Shown here in pieces: positions 57,765-64,000 of a DNA stretch of 64,000 nucleotides (positions within the stretch are counted from its first letter, which is position 1; each line of letters begins with the position of its first letter). Location of the stretch: the NCBI GenBank assembly GCA_963741445.1, contig CAVUIE010000001.1, positions 510,566-574,565 on the forward strand, written 5' to 3'. The stretch is from an uncultured Chloroflexia bacterium (GTDB taxonomy: Bacteria; Chloroflexota; Limnocylindria; Limnocylindrales; CSP1-4). The notes under the pieces are model-generated. The model searched no databases. It was not told the DNA's origin and saw only the letters and a program-made list of their open reading frames with translations. A program made the position numbers and the translations under genes.

Positions 57765-58989
57765 ATGTTCTACGCCTCGCGTGGCAGCGTCCCGCACACC
57801 CGGCACACCCAGCACCGCGCGGCCGACGGCTCGCTCTACGCCGAGGAGCTGTTCGGCGTCGAGGGGTTCACCGGTCGCTCGTCGCTGCTCTACCACCTCG
57901 TGCCGCCGACGCGGACGCACCGGATCGAGCCGGGCGCGACCATCGCGCTCGAGGAGGCCGACGACGGCTACCACCACCATCGATTGATCGATTCGGCCGG
58001 CGTCCCGGTCGCGGGCGACGCGGTCACCGGGCGCATCCCGCTGTTCTTCAACCACGACATCGTGATGGGCGTGGTCCGCCCGGCCGACGTCGATGCCGGA
58101 CGGCACCTTCTACCGCAACGGCGAGGCCGACGAGCTGCTCTTCGTCCACGAGGGCGCGGGCCTGCTCGACACGAACTTCGGGCCGCTGCGCTACGGGCCG
58201 GGCGACTACCTGGTGCTGCCGATCGGCACGACCTGGCGGCTGGAGCCGGACGCCGGATCCGCCCAGCGGATGCTCTACCTCGAGTGCCCGTCCGAGATCG
58301 AGGCGCCGAAGCGCTACCGCAACGACTACGGCCAGCTGCTCGAGCACGCGCCGTACTCGCAGCGCGACATCCGCGTGCCCGACGAGGTGCCGCCGCGGAC
58401 CGACGAGGGCGACTTCGTCGTCCACGTCAAGATGCGCAACCGGCTGACCGCCTACCACTACCGGCATCACCCGTTCGACGTCGTCGGCTGGGACGGCTAC
58501 CTCTGGCCGTTCGCCTTCGACATCGCGGACTTCCAGCCGATCACCGGGCGCGTCCACCAGCCGCCGCCGGTCCACCAGACGTTCGCGGCGCGGAACTTCG
58601 TGGTGTGCTCGTTCGTGCCCCGCAAGTTCGACTACCACCCGCTCGCGATCCCGGCGCCGTACAACCACTCGAACATCAACTCGGACGAGGTCATCTACTA
58701 CGTGGCCGGCAACTTCATGAGCCGGCGCGGGGTCGGGATCTCCTCGTTCACGCTCCACCCGGCGGGGATCCCGCACGGGCCGCACCCGGGCACCGCCGAG
58801 GCGTCGATCGGCAAGGAGGCCACCGAGGAGCTGGCGGTGATGGTCGACACCTTCCATCCGCTGCGCCTGACGAAGGAAGCGGCCGCCCTGGAGGACGACC
58901 GCTACCCGTATTCGTGGCTGCCGGCCGAGGACGCCCCCGGCGAGGCCCGCGAACTCGCGGACCGCGGACCGGAGGCGTTCCCGGACTGA
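57765..58989 (+). CDS. hmgA: Homogentisate 1,2-dioxygenase, with a frameshift near 58090.
   Basis: FAARNFVVCSFVPRKFDYHP and the N-terminal LYAEELFGVEGFTG are HGO signatures. Confidence 0.8.
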
Positions 58990-59000
58990 GCCCGCTGTCG

Positions 59001-59843
59001 TCAGCTCGGGGCCGGGTTCTGGCTTGGCGCCGGCGGGTCGACGGCCGAGGCCGGGTCGAGCTTGACCGTCGAGATCCAGCTGTCGAACAGCGCTCGGAAC
59101 GCATCGGTGGTCCCGGCCGTGGTCGAGTCCTGGCCCCAACCTCCGAACTCGTAGAACCGGTCGTCGACCCAGACATACGCGTCAATCAAGTTGCACCCCA
59201 CGCCGACATGGCCGACATGGCCATCGATCGTCATCGCGGTACCGTCCGGCGGACCGCTGTCACAAACGGTCTTGTCGGCCGCTGGGTCGCTGGTGAAGTA
59301 CTTCGCCAGGAACTGGTCCCGGGTCTCACCTGGCCTCAAGCCGGTCGAGACCGACGAGAGGTATATGTACTCGTTGCCAGACAGGCCCATCAACATATCC
59401 GTGTTCTCGATGCTGTCTGCCGACACCGTCCAGAACGCCTGCGCGGGCGTGGCGATCCAATCCATCGGGACCGCCGCGGAATACCCGTACAGCGACGAAG
59501 TGAACGGTTTCCAGGTCGTCGTGTCCAGGGGGGTCGATGAGCGCGGGGAGGGACTCGGGCTCGCGGACGGCGGCGGGACCCCAACGCCGTCGAGCGACGA
59601 CGGTGGCCGGGTGAGGAGCGCTCCGCCGAGGACGATGGCGGTGACCGCCGCCGCCCCGAGGGCGAGCTTGGGCATGGTGCTCATGGTCGGGAACCTCCGC
59701 GGCAGGCGCATGGCATGCCGCTGTCGGATCGATGGGAACGCCGCCAGGACGATCTGGAGCGTGGGTTCGGGTGCGGCGTTCGGGTCGTCCTCGAGCCAGT
59801 CGGCGATGCGGGGATCGAAGGACGCCCGGTCCTGGTCGTTCAT
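59001..59843 (-). CDS. Anti-sigma factor (module D) with a type-II periplasmic domain.
   Basis: The ATGA overlaps the sigma stop. DPRIADWLEDDPNAAPEPTLQIVLAAFPSIRQRHAMRLPRRFPTM is followed by the TM helix LALGAAAVTAIVLGGALL. The C-terminus reads ...C.SGPPDGTAMTIDGH...C...DRFYEF....TDAFRALFDS. Confidence 0.7.
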   Translation of the reverse strand: MNDQDRASFDPRIADWLEDDPNAAPEPTLQIVLAAFPSIRQRHAMRLPRRFPTMSTMPKLALGAAAVTAIVLGGALLTRPPSSLDGVGVPPPSASPSPSPRSSTPLDTTTWKPFTSSLYGYSAAVPMDWIATPAQAFWTVSADSIENTDMLMGLSGNEYIYLSSVSTGLRPGETRDQFLAKYFTSDPAADKTVCDSGPPDGTAMTIDGHVGHVGVGCNLIDAYVWVDDRFYEFGGWGQDSTTAGTTDAFRALFDSWISTVKLDPASAVDPPAPSQNPAPS

Positions 59844-60393
59844 GCTGGTCGCTCCTGCCGGGTGATCGCGGATGGAGCATCCGCATCGAGCGCGACCCGC
59901 AGCTGACGGACCGCGTAGTGGAGGCGGGACCGCGCGGTCCCTTCAGGGATCCCAAGGGTCGCCGCGATCTCGGTGAGCGGGTACCCGAGGTGGTGGTGCA
60001 GCACGACGACCGCCCGCTGTTCCGGTGTCAGCAGTCGGAAGGCGTGCTCGAGGGCGTCGCGATCGACGACCGAGGTCGCATGATCGGGCGTCGTAGGAGG
60101 GACGATCGAGAGGACCGGACCCGGGCCGTCCAGCGTCGTTGGCTCCGTCCTTCGACGTAGCACGCGTGGACGACGATCCGATACAGCCAGGCATCGAAGC
60201 GGTCCGGATCGCGAAGGGTGGCGAGGTCGCGCCAGGCGCTCAGCAGGGCCTGCTGCGTGACGTCCTGTGCGCGGTCGGCGTCACGGAGGATGCGGTACGC
60301 GATGGCGTAGCAGCGGTCGACGTGCTGGGTCGCCAGGTCGGCGAATGCCGTCTGGTTCCCCTGTGCCGCCTGCTCCACGAGATCGCGTTGCAC
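59840..60393 (-). CDS. ECF sigma factor (module D), frameshifted.
   Basis: MQRDLVEQAAQGNQTAF...DPDRFDAWLYRIVVHAC. Region 4 (LGIPEGTARSRLHYA) lies in ORF 59840..60163. Confidence 0.8.
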
Positions 60394-60523
60394 GGCATCG
60401 GCCCCTTCGGGGCGAGCAGCCCGTCTGGCCGCGTCACTGAGTATGGGACCGCCCGGTCCCGAAACGTTCAGGACCGGGCGGTTGGCGGGCGCACCGACCG
60501 ATCGTGGTCGGTCGCTGTGCTTC

Positions 60524-61327
60524 CTAGGTGCCGAACTTGAACGAGGCCAGGATCCGATCGAAGGTCGCTCGATCCGTGGCGGTCAACGGAGAGTCGACCG
60601 AGGTGACGAGGTTGATCTCGAAGAAGCGGTCCTTGCTGGCGCCGAGGACCTCGACGACCTGGACGCTCTGGGCACAGACCTGGTCCTCCTGGCGCATGGT
60701 CACGCCATCGAGGGTGATGTCGTGCCGATTCGACGTCGAGTTGCAGAAGGCGGTGTTCTGGGCATCGAATTCCGCCAGCAATGCCGCCGCGTCCTTGGCG
60801 GACGCCACGGGGACCGACGTGATGTAGACCTCGATGCCAGTCGGCATCTGGCGAAAGACATCCATCGTCCAGCCGCCCTTCTCCGGAAGACCGATCTTGG
60901 GCCAGTCGAAGTTCGCGGGGGTCAGGGACCAGGACGCCGGATGGTCGAAGGTGTACGCGAACCGGCTCGACGTGGAGGTCGTCCAGTCCGTCGCGCCGGT
61001 CGCCTGGGCCTGCAGCGACGGCGGCGCCGACGATGGCGCCGCGGTGACGCTTGGAGATGGCGAAGGCGTGGGACCGCCGGCGTGCTGCTGCGGTCCGATG
61101 AAGTAGGCGGCCCCACCGAGCATGGCGATCACCGCGACGGTGGCAAACGCGATCCGCGCGTACGTTGGCATCAGAGGGGTCCTCCACGGCACCCACGTGG
61201 AGCGCCGCTTCTGTTCGGTCGTTCGGGTGGTGAAGGAGATCGCTCGCCGGGTCAGTTCGGGGAGCCGGTTCGGCCCCTCTTCCAGCCAGGCGGCGAGGAC
61301 GGCGTCAGGATCACGCTGAACATTCAT
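60524..61327 (-). CDS. Anti-sigma factor (module E) with a type-II periplasmic domain. The ORF is an intact 267 aa.
   Basis: LAAWLEEGPNRLPELTRRAISFTTRTTEQKRRSTWVPWRTPLM is followed by the TM helix IAFATVAVIAMLGGAAYFIG. The C-terminal domain is homologous to module D (W..TS..Y.Y....P..W..TPA...C...DG.TM..D..C.....DRFFEI....TATDRATFDRIL). Confidence 0.75.
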   Translation of the reverse strand: MNVQRDPDAVLAAWLEEGPNRLPELTRRAISFTTRTTEQKRRSTWVPWRTPLMPTYARIAFATVAVIAMLGGAAYFIGPQQHAGGPTPSPSPSVTAAPSSAPPSLQAQATGATDWTTSTSSRFAYTFDHPASWSLTPANFDWPKIGLPEKGGWTMDVFRQMPTGIEVYITSVPVASAKDAAALLAEFDAQNTAFCNSTSNRHDITLDGVTMRQEDQVCAQSVQVVEVLGASKDRFFEINLVTSVDSPLTATDRATFDRILASFKFGT

Positions 61328-61875
61328 GCCAGTCGTGCCTCCGTGGGATCGAGTCGGCTGTCAGCGATGATCGCCGCGCGCAGGGTTCGGGTGGCGTAGT
61401 GCAGTCGAGACTTCACCGTTCCGGTCGGCGCACCGACGATGTCGGCGATGTCGGCCAGGGGAAGCCCGGCATGGTGGTGCAGGACGAAGACCGCACGGTG
61501 CTCCGGCGTCAAGCGCAGGAACGCGCGATCGAGGGCGTCCCGGTCGTCGACCAGGACCATCGGATCCGGCACGCTCGGTCCGTCGACCGGGAGCGCCGTG
61601 ATGCGGGTGCTCCAGCGCCGATGCCGGCGCAGCTCCTCGTAACAGGCATTGACGAGCAGCCGATGGAGCCATGGGCCGAAGCGTTCCGGGTCACGCAGCC
61701 TGGGGAGTTCCCGCCATGCGTTGAGGAACGCCTGTTGGACGGCGTCCTGAGCCCGCTCCGCGTCGCGCAAGATCCGGTACGCGATGGCGTAGCAGCGGTC
61801 GCCGTCCAGGTCGACCAGTTCCGAGAAGGCGATCTCGTCGCCATCCCGTGCCCGTTCGACCAGCCTCGTCCGCAT
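61324..61875 (-). CDS. ECF sigma factor (module E). The ORF is an intact 183 aa.
   Basis: MRTRLVERARDGDEIAF...DPERFGPWLHRLLVNAC...GAPTGTVKSRLHYA. The ATGA overlaps the anti-sigma start. Confidence 0.85.
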   Translation of the reverse strand: MRTRLVERARDGDEIAFSELVDLDGDRCYAIAYRILRDAERAQDAVQQAFLNAWRELPRLRDPERFGPWLHRLLVNACYEELRRHRRWSTRITALPVDGPSVPDPMVLVDDRDALDRAFLRLTPEHRAVFVLHHHAGLPLADIADIVGAPTGTVKSRLHYATRTLRAAIIADSRLDPTEARLA

Positions 61876-62040
61876 CGGCGATCACTCCCGATGGCACCCT
61901 GATCGGGCGCTTCACCCAGTACAGATGGTCGCACCCGCCGAAAGGTTCAACCGGTGCCTCGCGGAACCGGACCACGGGGGCGCAACGGCGGGACCAGTTG
62001 GTGGGTGCCCGTGCGACCTGCGGCGCGCCACCATCCCCAC

Positions 62041-63513
62041 ATGACCCCCATGCGTCGCTCCGGGCTCGTCGCCGTGCTCGCCACGCTGGTGCTGGCCGGC
62101 CTGCCGGCCCTCGCGTCCGCCTCGAGCACGGATCCCGACGGCGACGGCCTCCCGACGACCTACGAGAAGACGAAGACCCTGACGAGCCCGACACGGGCGG
62201 ACACCGATCGCGACGGCCTCCCGGACGGCAAGGAGGACCCCGACCACGACCGGTTGACGAACCGCCAGGAGTTCATCGTCGGGACCAACCCGCGCAAGGG
62301 CCGACACCGACGGCGACAAGCTCCGGGACGACCGCGAGGACCCGGACCACGACGGGCTCCGGAACGGCTTCGAGTCGCGGCGACACCCACCCGCGACAGG
62401 CCGACACCGACGGCGACAAGCTCCGCGACGACCGCGAGAACCCGGACAACGACGGGCTCACCAACACCATGGAGCAGGCGATCAAGACCGACCCGCGCAA
62501 GGCCGGATACCGACGGCGACGGCTACCTGGACGGCACCGAATACCACGCCGGGACCGATCCGCGCAGCGCGGCGAGCCATCCTGCGGGCTCCGGGCCGCC
62601 CCCGCCACCGCCGCCCCCGCCTCCACCGCCTCCACCGCCCCCGCCGCCGCCCGGGTCGGGCGACGCACCGACCCTGCCGGGCGCCCCGGCGTGCACCGTC
62701 TTCCCGGCCGACAACGTCTGGAACGTGGCGGTCGACGGCCGGGCCGTGGCGTCGGACTCCGCGACGCTCATCTCGACGATCGGCCTCACCAAGGGCCTGC
62801 ACATGGACTTCGGCTCCTATGCCGGATACGGCATCCCGTACAACATCGTGACCTCGGCCACGCCTCGCTCGACGGTCACGTTCGACTACGACGAGGACTC
62901 CGACCACGTCCCGTACCCGATCCCGGCCAGCCCGCTTCAGGAGGGCGGCGGCGTCGGCGACGCCCACATCCTCCTGGTCGACAAGGACGCCTGCACGCTC
63001 TATGAGCTATTCGCGGCGCACAAGGTCGGGAGCGCGTGGCAGGCCGGCAGCGGAGCGATCTGGAGCCTGACATCGAACGCGCTGCGGACGGCCGGCTACA
63101 CCAGCGCCGACGCCGCGGGCCTGCCGATCCTCCCGGGCCTGGTCCGCTACGACGAGGTCGCCGCCGGTGAGATCGCCCACGCCCTCCGCTTCACGACCGA
63201 CCGGACCCGCACGTCGTACATCTATCCGGCGCGCCACCAGGCTGGCGAGTCGAGCTCGCTCAGCCTGCCGCCGATGGGTCTTCGCGTGCGGCTCAAGGCG
63301 ACCTACGACACGTCCGGCTTCTCGCCGCAGGCGCGGGTCATCGCGGAGGCGCTCAAGCACTACGGGATGATCCTCGCGGACAACGGCTCGGACTGGTACG
63401 TGACCGGCGCCAGCGACCCGCGGTTCGACGACGACGTGCTCCACCAGCTCGACGTCATCAAGGGCTCGGACCTGGAGGTCGTGAACACGACCGGGCTGGT
63501 CAACGGCCCCTAG
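62041..63513 (+). CDS. Secreted protein with thrombospondin type-3-like calcium-binding repeats, a polyproline linker and a C-terminal domain of about 280 aa of unknown function. It is frameshifted in the repeat region.
   Basis: The signal peptide reads MTPMRRSGLVAVLATLVLAGLPALASA. The repeats read DTDRDGLPDGKEDPDHD, ADTDGDKLRDDREDPDHDGL and ADTDGDGYLDGTEY. A polyproline run follows. The C-terminal domain in ORF 61954.. ends VNTTGLVNGP. Confidence 0.6.
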   Translation: MTPMRRSGLVAVLATLVLAGLPALASASSTDPDGDGLPTTYEKTKTLTSPTRADTDRDGLPDGKEDPDHDRLTNRQEFIVGTNPRKGRHRRRQAPGRPRGPGPRRAPERLRVAATPTRDRPTPTATSSATTARTRTTTGSPTPWSRRSRPTRARPDTDGDGYLDGTEYHAGTDPRSAASHPAGSGPPPPPPPPPPPPPPPPPPPGSGDAPTLPGAPACTVFPADNVWNVAVDGRAVASDSATLISTIGLTKGLHMDFGSYAGYGIPYNIVTSATPRSTVTFDYDEDSDHVPYPIPASPLQEGGGVGDAHILLVDKDACTLYELFAAHKVGSAWQAGSGAIWSLTSNALRTAGYTSADAAGLPILPGLVRYDEVAAGEIAHALRFTTDRTRTSYIYPARHQAGESSSLSLPPMGLRVRLKATYDTSGFSPQARVIAEALKHYGMILADNGSDWYVTGASDPRFDDDVLHQLDVIKGSDLEVVNTTGLVNGP

Positions 63514-63552
63514 ACCGCGACCCGCGCGCCGGCAATCGCGCATCATGGGGCG

Positions 63553-64000
63553 ATGACTGACATCCGTGCCCGCGCCCTGGCCGGTGAGACCCTCCTCGGC
63601 GCCTTCCTCGACCTGGACTCGCCGCTATCCGCGGAGATCTGCGGCCGTGCCGGCTACGACTGGGTGCTCATCGACCTCGAGCACGGCGCCGCGACCGAGG
63701 CCAGACCTGCTGGCGCACCTCCACGCCGTCGGCGTCACGCCGGCGGCCGCGCTCGTCCGGCCGCAGTCCGGCGAACGGCTGCGCATCGGCCGCGCCCTCG
63801 ACCTCGGCGCCGACGGCGTCATGGTCCCGCGGCTCGACACGGCCGACCAGGTCCGCGAGGCGGTCGGCTACCTGCGCTACCCGCCGGCCGGTGGTCGCGG
63901 GGTGGCGCTCCGGACCCGCGGCGCCGGGCTGGGCTCGCGCGGCCACGGCCAGGTCGGCGAGGTCAACGAGCTGACGCTCGGCATCATCCAGATCGAGTCC
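63553..64000 (+). CDS. HpcH/HpaI aldolase or citrate-lyase-like family protein, 3'-truncated by the window edge and frameshifted.
   Basis: MTDIRARALAGETLLGAFLDLDSPLSAEICGRAGYDWVLIDLEHGA is the canonical HpcH N-terminus. The sequence continues in another frame with GVMVPRLDTADQVREAVGYLRYPPAGGRG. Confidence 0.6.
   Translation, partial: MTDIRARALAGETLLGAFLDLDSPLSAEICGRAGYDWVLIDLEHGAATEARPAGAPPRRRRHAGGRARPAAVRRTAAHRPRPRPRRRRRHGPAARHGRPGPRGGRLPALPAGRWSRGGAPDPRRRAGLARPRPGRRGQRADARHHPDRV

Overview
This window is very GC-rich (about 72%) and comes from a high-GC bacterium, with gene content most like Actinomycetota. The whole window is coding-dense chromosomal DNA. I found no integrase, transposase or CRISPR array. 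The ORF track is full of long antisense artefact ORFs, so I made calls from protein-family recognition. Many plainly real genes (gltB, histidine kinase, ABC exporter, cytochrome c oxidase assembly factor ctaG, cytochrome c oxidase subunit II coxB, potABCD, pyrroline-5-carboxylate reductase proC, 4-hydroxyphenylpyruvate dioxygenase hpd, a subtilase, an adhesin) are split across reading frames by single-nucleotide indels. This looks like uncorrected indel sequencing error rather than gene decay, so coordinates near the frameshifts are approximate.

Gene content, in order:
- 5'-truncated glutamate synthase large subunit (gltB).
- A GAF sensor kinase with an OmpR-type regulator.
- Phosphoenolpyruvate carboxylase (ppc) and a small methyltransferase.
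- A class-V aminotransferase, an MFS transporter and an initiator tRNA-Met.
- An ECF sigma factor with an anti-sigma factor carrying a TolB-like beta-propeller.
- A roughly 1,430-aa surface adhesin (DUF11, tandem-95 and beta-helix repeats) downstream of an ABC-2 exporter.
- An aa3-type cytochrome c oxidase locus (coxB, ctaD, ctaE, subunit IV, a duplicated subunit-IV-like protein, TlpA-like thioredoxin, divergent ctaG) in which blue-copper cupredoxin domains are fused to, or sit beside, oxidase subunits. A third cupredoxin lipoprotein lies 12 kb away.
- Threonine dehydratase, a DksA/TraR-like zinc-finger protein, a YHS metal-binding peptide and an NfeD/SPFH pair.
- A roughly 1,050-aa S8 subtilase with a (PT)n linker and five copies of an uncharacterised two-cysteine repeat of about 95 aa.
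- A potA-potD-potB-potC polyamine ABC importer.
- A 7Fe-type ferredoxin, a cytoplasmic periplasmic-binding-protein-like protein and a zinc-ribbon methyltransferase.
- proC, DinB-family proteins and an S9 peptidase.
- The three core enzymes of tyrosine and homogentisate catabolism (hpd, hmgA, a fumarylacetoacetate-hydrolase-family gene), scattered.
- A zinc-ribbon class III adenylate cyclase, a GNAT acetyltransferase, a thrombospondin-type-3/polyproline secreted protein and the start of an HpcH/HpaI aldolase.

The most striking organisational feature is six ECF sigma/anti-sigma modules in 64 kb, five of them within 49.7-61.9 kb. All use the same ATGA stop/start coupling. All share a conserved roughly 50-aa cytoplasmic anti-sigma N-domain that ends in a [PW]-[WR]-R-x-P-x-M motif just before the transmembrane helix. 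They carry at least three classes of extracytoplasmic sensor domain.
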